From the NCBI GenBank assembly GCA_028534125.1, contig CM052851.1, forward strand, positions 6,510,001-6,574,000: a stretch of DNA of 64,000 nucleotides, in the 5' to 3' direction. This DNA comes from Lama glama (lineage: Eukaryota). Shown one piece after another: positions 12,810 to 26,079 of the stretch (position 1 is its first letter; each line of letters starts with the position of its first letter). A program made the position numbers and the translations under genes. The notes below the pieces were generated by a model. It did not search any database and was not told the origin of the DNA. It was given only the letters and a program-made list of their open reading frames with translations.

Positions 12810-13440
12810 ATCTGGTATATCTATTGCTGCATAACAGATTACTCCAAAACTTAGCAGCTTAATCAGCAAACATATATCATCTCACAATTCCTGTGGAGCA
12901 GGAATCTAGGCACAGCTTGGCTGGGTGCCCCTGGCTTAGGGTCTCTCACAGGCTCCATTCAAAGTGTTGACCAGGGCTGCACTCATCTGAAGGCTCAAAG
13001 GGGGATCCACTTCCAAGCTCACTCATGTGGCTGTCTGCAGGCCTCAGAAGGTCCACTTCCAAGCTTACCCACAAGGTTACTGGCAGAATTAAATTCCTTG
13101 AAGGCTTTTGGGCTGAGGACCTCAGGATCTTATAGGCTGTTGGCTGGAGATATTAATTTCTTGACACATGGGCCTCTCCTTAGGGCTGCTCGACAGGGCA
13201 GGCTAGAGAACAAAAAAGGCCAAACAGGCAAGCTAGAGAACAAAAAAAGGTGATTAATACAGAAGCCACAATCTTTTTGTAACCTAATTTCAGAAATGAC
13301 GTCCTGTCACTTTTACTGGATTCTATTCAGTAAAGGGAAGTCACTAGACCCAGACCACCCACAATGGGAAAGGATTACACAAAGGCATAAAACCCAGGAG
13401 GTGGGATCACTGGGGGATATCCATCGTAGAGGCTGCCAAT
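12810..13440. mobile_element. MaLR (MLT1-type) LTR remnant, approximate bounds
   Basis: Typical MLT1 phrases: tattgctgcataaca...aaaacttagcagctt, atctcacaattcctgtgg, gaagtcacta. Confidence 0.55.
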
Positions 13441-13849
13441 CACACTGGGTGAGAACCAGCACTTTTTTGGATCCCTTCTGTTTTCTCTTACCATTAGCAC
13501 TAGAAGCTGGCTTTCCTTGGGGAGATCATTTTTCAGAAGGAAACAATTCTGTCCCCTTTGTAGCAGTGGCAATGCCCTTAACAGTGAACAGAGAGGTTCT
13601 GGTAGGTTTGAGGCTGCAGTAAGGCTCCCACCTAGAGACCCACGGCCTCAAGTTACCCACAGCAGCAAGCACAGTGCAGACACTCACTCCTCAGAATGAT
13701 CTTCGAAGTGATGCATGAACAGTCAGTGCTGAAATAGCATGTATGTGCAGGCCAAGAGTCTTCTATGCTTTGAAAAGTAATCACTCACTGGAGGACTAAA
13801 GTTTAAACTCAATTTAAATCCTTTTAGCTATTTTTTTTCTGGTATTCAT

Positions 13850-14165
13850 CTCTATAGTGGGTTGAATGGTAGCTCCCTAAAAGATATGTGCACCCAGAAC
13901 CTATGAATGTGCCCTTATTTGGAAAAAGGGGTTTGCATGTGTAATTAAGCTAAGAATCTCAAGATGAGTTCATCTTGGATTATCCAGGTGGGCCCTAAAT
14001 CCAATAACCAATAAGAGGAGTTCACCAATAACAGTAAGAGAAGATACACAGAAGAAGGCCATGTGAAGACAGAGGCAGAGATTGGAGTTAAGCAGCCCCA
14101 AGCTGAAGAACATCTGGAGCCACCAGAAACTGGAAGAGGAAAAGAAGTCTTCTCCCCTATGGAAC
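13850..14165 (+). mobile_element. MaLR (MLT1-type) LTR remnant, approximate bounds
   Basis: gggttgaatggt...cagaacctatgaatgt...ttatttggaaa...gccctaaatccaat...ggccatgtgaagacagaggcagagattggag. Confidence 0.65.
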
Positions 14166-15169
14166 TGCAAAAGGAGCAGGGAGAGCAGTGAGGAGGCTGC
14201 TGCAGCCATCCACATGAGTGACGGTGTGGCCATGACCAGGATAGTAGCAGGGAGATGGTCAGAAGAGGCCAGAATCAGGATGTGCTTTATAGATAGAGCT
14301 GACGGGATGTGCTCATGGATTGGATGTGGGAAAGGGAAGAAGGAAGTATGATGCTGCAGCATGGGGCCTGAGCAATTGGTGGTTGGTAGTGCCAGACCAA
14401 GAAAGATCGGAGAGGAGCAGTTTGGAGTGCGTGTGTGGGGGAGGGAGATCAGGAGGCCGGTTTTGCCCATATTACATTTGAGATGCCTATTTGCCATCTA
14501 GCTGGATAGAAAAGAGTTTGGCAAGTAGGGAAGTGGTCAAGACTGGCTGTAAACATCTGGAAGCCAGCAGTGTAGAGATGCGTGGGTGGATACTGGGGAC
14601 AGGATGAAATATCTATGAAGCCCTTGCAGCTGTGTCTGTATGAGGGCCTCCTATTCTTGTGCTCCACCACTCTCTCTGCCTGGCACTCCTTCCCTCATCA
14701 CTCCGACATGCCCAGAATCTGCCCCCATCCTTCCTCTTTATATGCTTCTTCCTCTAGGAAGCCTCTTATGACCTCCCAAGATAAAAATGACTCCCTCAGG
14801 CTTCTCGTCACACCCGTGTGCCGTTCACCAGCATCTATCATTTTTTTCTTGTGTGATTTGCCTTCCTATCTTTTAATCTCTCTTAATGGTAGCAAGCAGT
14901 CTGATACATCATGAGTACTTTTAACAGCCCATGCATTGGGAAGCAGTGAAGTATGATGGTTAGAGAGCTTGAGCTCCAGTGCCGGACAGGACTGAGTTCA
15001 CATCCCAGCTCCACTACTTGCTGACTCAACTTCTTCAAGCCTCAGTTTTCTTCTCTGAAAAATGGGAATTGAAAAATTTACCCACCCACAATCCACCCTA
15101 TGTATCTGTATGTATGTGTACACATATCCATATGCACATGTATATATAATATATATTATATATAATAGA

Positions 15170-15665
15170 AAAGCATATGTTTGCCAAAAGACAGGAGCAA
15201 GAGTTTTTGTATCAGCAATATTCATAATGGTAGAAAACTGGAAACAACCTAAATGCCCCATCAAGAGTATAATGAATAAATTGTGGAGTATTTTATACTA
15301 GGTATTGCTATACACTAACAAGAATGAGAAACTACAACTATCTGGAATAATGTGAATAAACCTCACAAACACAATGTCGGGCCATAGAAGCCAGACACAA
15401 AAGAGAAGACAATTTGCATGATCCATTTATATAAAGTCAAAAAGTAGAAAAAAACCCCTAATCTATGCCGTTAAAAGTCAAGGTAGTGGTTACAGCTGGA
15501 GGATAGCATCTGGTAGGGGACACAAGGGACCTTCTGGGCTGCTGATAATGCCATTTCTTGATCTTTGTGGTGGTTATATGAATGTATTCACTGCATGAAA
15601 ATTCATTGAGCTGTACGTTTATGATTTGTGCTCTTTCCTGTTATGTCTTATATACGTCAATAGAA
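15170..15665 (+). mobile_element. Old L1 3' end fragment
   Basis: L1M-type 3'UTR phrases (aaactggaaacaacctaaatg, gaagccagacacaaaaga, gaaaattcattgagctgtac). Confidence 0.65.
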
Positions 15666-16561
15666 AGAAGGTAGATGTAAGAAGCACATCACAGTCCTTG
15701 GCATATAGTAAGTGTTCAATAAACAGAAGCTACAAGGAATGAATGAAAGAATCACGCCTTTGACCCCAAGTGAAGCCATTCACAATCAGAACCATGGACA
15801 GATCAGAGTGTGCGTTCAAGGAAGGCTGGAGGAAAAGGAAGAGATCTCTGATCTGATACAGGGGATTTGAGGCAGGAGAGACTCTGAGAGCCTTCCTCTG
15901 AGATTAGTGGTTAAAGCCTTCTGAAGGGCATTTCTATCATGCAGAAAGGAGAACATCCCCAGGAGACAATGGGTATCTGTGTGTGTGTTCAAGCAGAATT
16001 TCATTCCATTTTAAAAGGTCTGCATTCCTTTGTTTTTCTAAGTCAGTGAATGCTGAAATCTCCCTAGAGAGGACAATCCTGGATCTAGGACATCCCCAGC
16101 TTGCTCTAGCTTTTGCTGGCTTTGCTCACTGTCTTGGGTTTGTGTTTATCTAGTTAGTGAGGAGACGAAAGAGATTCCAGGCAGGGTGAAAATAACCTAT
16201 GACAGAAGATCTCTCAGTCATGCCCAAGCTCCAGGAAGAAAGACATATTCCATATCAATTTAATGAGCTGCTTCATTTGGTAGTGAGTTCTCTGTCACTG
16301 GGAGTAACCACACAGAGGCTGCACAAAAACCTGTCACGATACTGCAAGGAGGACTCCTCAAACATGAAGAACTTACCCAGGTGACTGCTGAGGGCATTTT
16401 AAACCTAAACTTCTATTATCTAATTCAATATAAAATTTCCTTAAACACACGAAGTGCTTCTCTCTGCATTGTCCCCCTTACAAGTATTTTTCCTTTTTCC
16501 TAAGTCTTAAAACATTTTATGCTCAGCAGAAAATTTGAAAAGCAGGGGTAAAATTATCTAG

Positions 16562-16686
16562 AGGGGAGGGTATAGCTCTGTGGTAGAGTGTGTGCTTAGC
16601 ATGCACAAGGTCCTGGGTTCAATGTCCAGTACCTCTATTAAAAGAATAAGTAAATAAACCTAATTACCTCCCCCATAAAACAAAAC
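16562..16686 (+). mobile_element. tRNA-derived SINE (Vic-1-like) with TSD
   Basis: GGGGAGGGTATAGCTC...GGTTCAAT...AAACCTAATTACCTCCCC plus A-rich tail; TSD AAATTATCTA. Confidence 0.85.
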
Positions 16687-17048
16687 AAATTATCTATACC
16701 ATTGAATACTACTCAGCAATAAAAAGGAATGAACTACAGATGCATGTAACAACTTGGATGGATCTCAAGGGCATTATGCTGAATGGAAAAAGACAATCTC
16801 AAAATGCCACCCACTGTAAGATTCCACTATGTAACACCCTCAAAATGACAGAATTATAGAGATGAAGAATAGATCAGCGGTTGCAAAGGGTTAGGGATGG
16901 TAGCAGGAAGGGGTGGATGTGACTATAAAGGGTTGCATCTTTGAGATACAGAGCAATTCTGTATCTTCTGTGTGGTGGTTATACTAATCTACACATGTGA
17001 TAAAAAGACACAGAATTATACACACACTTTATAGCAATGATGATTTTC

Positions 17049-17178
17049 TTTTTTTTTTATGAGGGGGAGGTAATTAGTTTATTTATTTATTTATATTTGG
17101 AGAAGGTTCTGGGGATTGAACCCAGGACCTTGTGCATGGTAAGCATGCACTCTACCACTTGAGCTATACCCTCCCCCC
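17049..17178 (-). mobile_element. tRNA-derived SINE (Vic-1-like)
   Basis: Same consensus on the minus strand, with poly-T. Confidence 0.8.
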
Positions 17179-17328
17179 GCCTNNNNNNNNNNNNNNNNNN
17201 NNNNNNNNNNNNNNNNNNNNNNNNNNNNNNNNNNNNNNNNNNNNNNNNNNNNNNNNNNNNNNNNNNNNNNNNNNNNNNNNNNNNNNNNNNNNNNNNNNNN
17301 NNNNNNNNNNNNNNNNNNNNNNNNNNNT

Positions 17329-18395
17329 ATTGTATGACCCAGGAATCCCACTCCTGGGCTTATATCCAGAAGGAACCCTACTTCAGGANNNNNNNNNNNN
17401 NNNNNNNNNNNNNNNNNNNNNNNNNNNNNNNNNNNNNNNNNNNNNNNNNNNNNNNNNNNNNNNNNNNNNNNNNNNNNNNNNNNNNNNNNNNNNNNNNNNN
17501 NNNNNNNNNNNNNNNNNNNNNNNNNNNNNNNNNNNNNNNNNNNNNNNNNNNNNNNNNNNNNNNNNNNNNNNNNNNNNNNNNNNNNNNNNNNNNNNNNNNN
17601 NNNNNNNNNNNNNNNNNNNNNNNNNNNNNNNNNNNNNNNNNNNNNNNNNNNNNNNNNNNNNNNNNNNNNNNNNNNNNNNNNNNNNNNNNNNNNNNNNNNN
17701 NNNNNNNNNNNNNNNNNNNNNNNNNNNNNNNNNNNNNNNNNNNNNNNNNNNNNNNNNNNNNNNNNNNNNNNNNNNNNNNNNNNNNNNNNNNNNNNNNNNN
17801 NNNNNNNNNNNNNNNNNNNNNNNNNNNNNNNNNNNNNNNNNNNNNNNNNNNNNNNNNNNNNNNNNNNNNNNNNNNNNNNNNNNNNNNNNNNNNNNNNNNN
17901 NNNNNNNNNNNNNNNNNNNNNNNNNNNNNNNNNNNNNNNNNNNNNNNNNNNNNNNNNNNNNNNNNNNNNNNNNNNNNNNNNNNNNNNNNNNNNNNNNNNN
18001 NNNNNNNNNNNNNNNNNNNNNNATACCATATGAGATCGCTCATATGTGGAATCTAAAAAACAAAAACAAAAAACAAAAACAAAAAAACAAAGCATAAATA
18101 CAAAACAGAAATAGACTCATAGACATAGAATACAAACTTGTGGTTGCCAAGCGGGCAGAGGGTGGGAAAGGATAGACGGGATTTCAAAATTGTAGAACAG
18201 ATAAACAAGATTATACTGTATAGCACAGGGAAATATACACAAAACGTTATGGTAACTAACAGAGAAAAAAATGTGACAATGAGTGTGTATATGTCCATGT
18301 ATGACTGAAAAATTGTGCTGAACACTGGAATTTGACACAACATTGTAAAATGATTATAAATCAATAAAAAATGTTAAAAAAATCAAAAAAATAAA
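17329..18395 (+). mobile_element. Young L1 3' end, largely N
   Basis: ORF2 C-terminal YDPGIPLLGLYP motif; 3'UTR with AATAAA and A-rich tail at about 18363-18397. Confidence 0.75.
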
Positions 18396-18809
18396 AATTA
18401 AGAGCATAGCAAATCCCACTATTAACATTTTAATATATTTCATACAAATTATTTTCTTCACACATTAGGATCATTTTATATATGTTTTATATACTAAAAT
18501 TTTCTCTTAATAAAATATCATAGGCATTTTCTATGCCATTAACTACTCTACAAAATAATCACTTTAACAGCTGTGTGACATGCCAATTTCATGGATATAT
18601 CATCCTTTACTTAACCATCGTCCCTTGTGGAACACTTGAGATGTTTCAAATTTTTCACCACAATAAATTGCTTCAATATGAATATTTTTATGCATAAATG
18701 GATACCTACATTTTGAATTCTTTTCTTAGGCCAGATTTCCAGAAGATAAATTATTAAATCAAAGGAAATAATTAAAATAGTCTGTTTATTTTTATGGGGG
18801 AAGCCAGTT

Positions 18810-19125
18810 GCCACGTTGTGAAGTCATGTGAATAGCCCTATTGGAGACGTCCAGGCAATGAGGAACTGAGGCCTCCTGCCAACAGCTAGCATCAACTTGC
18901 TAGACATGAGAGTCAGCACTTTGGAAGCAGATTCTCCAGCCCCATTAAAGCCTTCAGATGATTGCATCCCCAATCTATATATATCCTGATTGCAATCTCC
19001 CCAAGCCAAACTATCCAGCTAAGAACCTCTTAGATTTCTGATTCACAGAAACTGTGAGATAAGTGTTTATCATTTTAAGCCATTAAGTTGAGGGGGAATG
19101 TTACACAGCAATAAATAATTAATAC
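18810..19125 (+). mobile_element. MaLR LTR remnant
   Basis: gaggaactgaggcctcctgccaacagc...cacagaaactgtgagataa...ttttaagcca...acagcaata...aataca. Confidence 0.6.
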
Positions 19126-19959
19126 AAGGACTTGGCTAGGTGGTGGGGTGTATTTACATGGCAGGGAGAGAACTGCAGACAAAGGGAACATGTAGCATAT
19201 AGACTAGCCAAGAAACAAGAAAGAGGATGTTTGTGGGATGGAGTAGACTAGGCCTTGGGGGACCTCAACCAGCTGCAGAGCTGCCTCCTTCTCCCTCATG
19301 TGCCCCATGGCACCAGGGAGCCTGATCTAGACCTACAGCAACACCCAAGGGGGTCTGAGATGGCAAGTGGGGAACAGCTATTGAGGTCCAAGGCAGTGAC
19401 TGCATCAGAGCTCTGACAGTTTGAACAGTGTTCCTTCTGGTTTTACCTGTGCTCCAGCAAGCTGACAGGTTCCAAGCCCAATCTGAGGAAGGAGGAACTA
19501 GCAGGGACATAGTTAAGAACCTCATCTCTGTCAGGAACTGGCAGGTACCAGGGAAGGCCACTGACACAGAGGGAAGAGGTCCGGCCTTGGAGACACACCA
19601 GATCCCACTTGTGGCTCTGTCACTTACTGTGTGGCCTCGGGCAAATTATTTAACATAACGGAGCCTGTTTGCTCATCTATACAGACACAACTCATGACAA
19701 GGCTTACCTGGCTAGCCTGGGTGCAGGCCGAATGCAGTGGTGTGTGGGAAGGGTCTGGGAGAGTCACACTGGTGCCTGCTCATTCCATTTATTTCCTCCC
19801 TGGACAAAAATGAGAGGTGAATGGATGAATGTGGTTACAAGAAGGTGGGCTTGTTTAGCTCACAAGCATCTGGGACTCACCCTGGATACATAACTTCGGC
19901 AGCTTAGAGGCAAAGCCAGGTGTCCAGGAGGAGAGACATTGGTGAGTTGTTGCCCTGAA

Positions 19960-20830
19960 TTAAGGCAACACCAGATTGGAAGGATGTAGAGCAACTGGAA
20001 CTCACACATTTTTGGTGGGGATGCAAGTAGTATAATCACTTTGGAAAAAGGTCTATACAACAAAGTTTACATCTGTCTGATGACACAGTGATTCTACTTT
20101 TAGGTATTTACCCAAGAGAAATGAAAACATATGCCCCAAAAAAGATTGTAAAGAGTGTTCATAGCAGATTTATTCATAATACCCCAAAACCAGATAAAGT
20201 CCAGTGTACATCAATTAGAAAATGGATAAATAAGCTATAGTATATTCATACAATGGGGTATTACCCAATAATCAAAAAGAACAAACTGTGTACAATACAG
20301 ATAAATCTCACAAACATGCTATGCGGAAGAAGCTTTACACAAAACAGTTTACACTATGTGCTTTCATTTACATGAAGTTCTAAAACAAGCAAACAATCTG
20401 TGATGGAGAAAAATTAGGACAGTGGTAACCCCCAGGGTGTGGGGAGAAGTGACTGGGAAGGGGCATTAGGGAAACTTCCATATGTTGGGATGTTCCACAT
20501 CTTAATAGCGTTTTGGGTTACACAGGTATATGCATTTGTCAAAACTCAGCAAATGTACTGTTAAGATTTGGGTATTTCGTTTTACATAAATTTGGTCTCC
20601 AAAGAAAAAATTTGTAACTCAATATTGATTTCTGTTATTGATATGTATGCTGAAGCACTTAGGGAGGAGTATACTGATGTCTGCAACTTCTTTGAAATAC
20701 CTCAAAAAATAATACATTGCTGGATGGACAGAAGAATGGATAAATGGGTGATATGTGATGAAGCAAGTAAAAGTCTGGGAGATGAGTGTACAACTTTCCT
20801 GTATATTTGAAGATTTTCATAATGATTTTT
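19960..20830 (+). mobile_element. Old L1 3' fragment
   Basis: gagcaactggaactc...tttggaaaa...taggtatttacccaagagaaatgaaaacatatg. Confidence 0.65.
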
Positions 20831-22051
20831 TTAATCAAGAAAAAAATCACTTGGGATTCTTGGTACAAATGCAGAGTGTTATTTGTGTCTCATCTCCTGC
20901 CCTTCCTGAATGTAACTCCTTGGGCTGGGCCTGGGACCCCATGTCTAGAACAAGTTCTTGGTATACTAGAACTTCCAGTGGCTCAGCCTCCCAGCTAGGT
21001 CTAAACACAAACCCTTTCCAAGGAGCGCTCTTCTGAAGGGGTCTCTGCAGGGTCCCTCTCACCTCCTTTCCAGGATTCTCTGCTTCTGTCCTTTGGCCAC
21101 CACCACTTGCAGGAATCAGCTCTCACTACTAAATGCACAAAGGCCTCCGAGGTCGAAGCTGAGCCCAGAAGGCTTCTGAAGTCCCTTTGACCAGCCCTAT
21201 CCCACCCCATCACCTCTATGAGCTCTACAAGGCTCACACCTGGGTGGTCACTGGGTTCACAGTGACTTGACCCAACTGAAGCATCTAACATGCAAAGAGA
21301 AAGAGACAACTGGCCAACCCAATGACTGGCCCTTAGGAGGCTCCCCTGCTCCCACTCCCAGGGCTGCCTCTCTGAGCAGGGTCAGTTCTCCCTGCAGCCC
21401 TGCCGGGACAATCTCTGGCCTCCACTCTCCTAGAGCTGAGGACTGAAGACGTTAGCCTGGAGGGGAATTGGCCTGGGAAGACCAAAGGGAAGTGGTAGGG
21501 ACTCAGGGTAGGAGGGAGCCCCAGGTACTGCAGAAAGTGAGCTGTTGATTAAGTGACTCCTTCTTATGCCTGGGAGAGGGAGATGGGGAGCTGCAGAGGT
21601 CTAGGGAGCGGCAGCTCTTAAGGGAGACGAGACTCCATTCTGACTCTCCCAGGGAGAGCTGTGGCATTGTTGGGGGTGGGGGGAGACAGTCCCCTGCTCC
21701 TGGAACTCTTCCTTCCTACGTTCCTGGCTTCTTCACAGGTCATGCTGAGGATTTGCCTGTCTTTTGGGGCTCCCTGGTGGAACCACTCAGTGGGAGGTAA
21801 GCCAGTTAAGGAACCCATGTGACCGGGGCCCCTCTGAAAAGCTTAGGGAATCCCTGGGAGAAAAAGACCAGGAAAGGGTACAGTAACCCCAGCACCAGTG
21901 GGTGGGACATGAGTCAAGACCAAGGAAATCTCCTGAAGGGCCAGGTGGCGGGTCAGATGGTTGTGATAAACCACAGCAATGACAGCCCCTTGACAAAGCC
22001 CAGCCCAGGGCTTGGCTGTGAGAAGCATCTGTACTGTAACCACAGCCACAT

Positions 22052-22239
22052 CAAAGGTTCTCTGAGTGTGGTCCCCACTAGCAGTATCAGCATCACCTGG
22101 GAAGTTACTTTGCTTTTTCGACATGCAAATTCTCAGGCCTCTTTCCTCCCCAGACCTATGAATCAGAAACTTGGATGCTGGCCAAGCAATTCACAAGCAC
22201 TCTAGGTTAGTGATGCAGGCTCAAGTTTGAGAACCACTG
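22052..22239. mobile_element. MER5A-like hAT-Charlie non-autonomous DNA transposon
   Basis: Termini ggttctc...gagaaccactg; internal agcatcacctggga...atgcaaattctcagg. Confidence 0.7.
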
Positions 22240-23409
22240 GTAGCATCTGACAGGTTCTGGACCTGGGCTGCCCAGAAAATTTCCTTCATTCACAAATTTA
22301 TTCACATTCATCAAATATTGATTAGCACTGTCTATGTGCTAGACGTCTTGTCAAGCCTCACATGGAGCCCAAAGTGGAGTAAATGATAGTTCCCACCCAC
22401 CAGACAGTTCGACCTGTAAGTGCAAGGCAGGGCAAAGAGCCAATTTTTCTGGCTATGGGATCAGAAAGGGCTTCCCAGAGGAAGTGGCCTTTGAGCTGGG
22501 CCTTGAAGGGTGAGTTAGAATCAACAAGCAGAAAAGGAAGCCACTGGTAACAACCTTCTGAAACCAAAATCAAACTTTCAAAAGCATCTTATTGCTTTGG
22601 GGATAAATTTTAGTGCCTGAGCACAAGCTTCTCCATGATCTAGCCCTTTCTTCTTCATCAATCCCACCACCTGCCACTCCACACCTCCATTCATGTATTT
22701 GAGTAAAACTGAGCTTCTCATAGACATGTACTCACACAGCATGCTAGTTTTTACTGCCAGGCCTTTGCTCATGCTGTCCCTTCTGCCTAGAATGCCCTCT
22801 CTGAGTCTCTGAGATCAATACTTACCCATCCTCAGGACTCATTTTAGGTGTTTTCTCCTCCAAGAAGCCCTTCTGACTCCTGGCTGGTTAAGTGTCATCC
22901 TCTAAGTCCCCCAAGGCCTGGACCACAGGTACATCAGTACCCTTACTACTCTGTATTTAAAAATCTGCTTTATGTTAATTCTCTTGTTAGAATGTGAAAT
23001 TCTTGTGAGCAGACATCTTCAGCTCTGTGACCCTAGGGCCTAGCATAGTGCCCAGCATGCAGTGGGCTTTCAAGAAGTATTTATTTAGTGAAGGAAAGAA
23101 AGAAGGGAGGTAGAATATTAAACAGGAGGTCCAGGAAAAAAGAACAGTGAAGGCAAAGGCATAAAATGTTCTCTATACAAAACCTGGAACAGAGGGGACA
23201 GTGCTTAGCAGCCAGGAGCCTCTTGCCACCTGCTTGCTGGATTGCCAACTCTGGCATAAGTGCTTTGAATCCAGTAGTCATCTGCTTAGCGTTGCTGTTA
23301 AAACGTTCCAGTATATCAGGCCTAGTGCAAATCCTTATGAGTCTCTTGAGCACTGGAAGTTGGTTTCTGAGTTGGGGTACAGGTTTAGTAATTCTCAAGA
23401 ATCCTAAGG

Positions 23410-24185
23410 GCACATGAAAAGATGCCCAACATCATTAGTCATTAGGGAAATGTAGATTTGATCTACAACTAGATACCATTAACATCTATTAGGATGGCAA
23501 AAAAAATTTTAACTGAAAATTCCAAGTGCTGATGAGGCTGTAGAGCAACTGAAGCTCTCATATTCTGCTGGTGGGAATGCAAAACAGTACAGCCACTCTG
23601 GAAAACAGTTTGATAGCTTCTCATAAAGTTAAACATATACTTAACCACTTAACCCAGCAATCCCACTGCTAGGTATTTTACCTAAGAAATACGAAGACTT
23701 AAGTTCACAAACCAACCAGTACATGAATGCTTACAGAAACTATTCAAAATTGCCCAAAATTGAAAACAACCCAAATGTCTATCAATAGACAAACAAATAA
23801 ACGATGGTATATCCATGCAATAGAATACCACTCAGCAATTAAATGGAAGTAACTATTGATATATGCAACAATCTGGATAAATCTAGATGCATTACACTAA
23901 GAGAAAGAACCCAATTCCAAAAGGTTACACACTGTATGACTCCATTTATATGACGTTCTGGCAAAGGCAAAACTTTAAGGATAGAGAACAGGTTGCCAGT
24001 GGTTGGGGGTGGAAGAAGGACTTGACTACAGAAGGGGCAACTTGAGGGAAGTTTTTGGAGTGATGAAACTGTTCTCTATTCTGATCTATCATTGAATCTA
24101 TGCATATGTTAAAAATCATAAACTTATACACCAAGAACAGTGAATTATATTATATGTAAATTTTTAAAGTTTTTAATCTCAGTTT
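23410..24185 (+). mobile_element. Old L1 ORF2 end and 3'UTR
   Basis: gaaaagatgcccaacatcattagtcattagggaaatg...ccagcaatcccactgctaggtatt. Confidence 0.7.
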
Positions 24186-26079
24186 AAAGAAAAAAGAAAT
24201 CCAGGGGACAAGGCAGTCCTTAGGCCCAGAAGGCATGCCCCCTCCCACTTTCTCATCAACGGTGAACAGATTCTGTTTCACTTCAACTCTTTAAGCAGAA
24301 TCAGTCAGGCCATACAACCCTCCTGGGTGGCTCACAAAAGCAAGCTACAATCCTCCCATCTAGTTTGACATCTTCATAATGACAGTTGACTTTGATTTGT
24401 TCACCAAGGGCCTAGAACAGTGCTTACATATAACAATTAGTAAAGAAATATTTGTTGAGTAAATATTTATCTCTTTGGCTCCAAATTTCTAAGTCCACTC
24501 TCTTAACTTAAATACTCACCTTAGCTCATCCTTCTCCAATAATGTCACTTGCTCTAATTCCTCTCCTAGAATTTTGGCACTCAGCCAGAGCCAGCAAAAG
24601 TAGCCCTGGCTTCATCAAAAGATGGTGCCCAGTGTGTGCCTGGCACCCTCCTCAAGCAGGAAGGAAATGCCAGTGGACCACATGGGCTGAGAAGCCACCT
24701 TGGGCTCCCCAACTGCTGCTCCCATGCCTCAGTGGCAACGTGTGTATTTGTGTGTGCCGGGGGCACTTTGGTTTAGTCTCACACACTCAAAGTGTTTGTG
24801 TGTTCCTTTTGTTTCACTTGTCACCCCATGGTTGTAGATGACAGGTAGTGGGATGGTCAGTCATTTGGGGTTGTAATAAAGCCCCAGGGGTTGGAATCCC
24901 CTGGGTTTCTGCCTATTTCCCTCTAAGCTGGTTGAAACTGAGGGCTATGTCTGAACAGTGGTTATTTCCTCTGTCCTTAAAACCTGGCCAGGGGCCCTCC
25001 TCCTCAGGATATCTTCACACACATCACAGACGTGGCCTCTGTGTAAGATTCATGACCTTTGTTACCACAACCTTAGGTACAAATAATATCCAGGTAGGTA
25101 GATAACAAGTAAACAGTACAGGCACAGAACAGTTTTCTCCAGCCTCTCCAGAAATCTGATTCCTATACCCTGCATTGACCCCATCTCCACCCAAAAAGAA
25201 GGGTCTTTCTCTTGGTTCCCAGGCATGGAGAGTGCAAGGCATGTGCATCCAACAGTGGCCAGAAAGCTCCCCTGAGCTGGTACTCAAGACCTATCAACTT
25301 GGTCAACTTTTACTCTGTGTCAATCAAGGTCAGAGTCATAAACAGGTGGCACAAGAGCTATGCTTGCCCACAGATGTGTTAGTTTCAGTCCACACAGTGC
25401 ATTCAAGTTTTTCAATCAGTTGCCAACATTTTTAAATTCGGAGATTTCTCAAGATCAGATCTGGCACTACCAGGCCACATCTCCCAGGGTCCTCCTTCAG
25501 TGAGAGACTGGCTAGCAGATACTCTTTAGATAGGGCAGGTACCTCTAGAGATCGTTTCCTCTCTCTCCCTCTCTCTCTCACTTCTTTCCTCCCTTTTCCT
25601 GCCTTGCTTCCCAGGCCTTTGTGTGTACTAGCTGGTAGTAGGTGCTTAGTAGCCCTGAGTATGAAAAGATATACCTAGACCCAGCCATCAGGGAGTTTAC
25701 TATCAGGCATATGAAGTAGAGCTTTATAAAGTGGGGAGGGTTTAGGGGTAGGGGAGGTATTCCATGCAGAGGGAACAGCATAAACAGCAAACAGAATGCC
25801 AGAGGACTACAGGGGTAAGAGTCGTGGCCAAGGAGTATCTTCCAAGGGGACAGGTCCATTATCAGGAACCCAGTCCATCCAGCCCACCCAACAGATGTGG
25901 GGCTGAATGGCTTAATAATTCACAACAGAGAATTTGATCAGCAGGAGGTGGATGGGAAGGAGCTGGGCTTTGGAATCACAAAGATCCGTGTCCAAGTCCT
26001 TGAGCCTCCACAAGTCGCTCTGGTTTCCGAGACTCTTTAGAACTGGAATATGAATAACGGCTTTACAGCACCACGGTGA

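Noticed and set aside
13198-13250. Short tandem duplication GCTAGAGAACAAAAAAGG
   Set aside because: It lies inside an old LTR remnant and looks like ordinary slippage.
16562-16640. tRNA-like heads with A and B boxes as real tRNA genes
   Set aside because: They continue into a shared SINE body with A-rich tails and TSDs, and occur as many diverged copies.
17091-18097. Long ORFs of 221-334 aa
   Set aside because: They are artefacts of translating N-runs; the flanks are SINE and L1.
23081-23417. Overlapping ORFs on both strands in unique-looking sequence
   Set aside because: No recognisable homology, splice context or RNA structure could be supported by eye.
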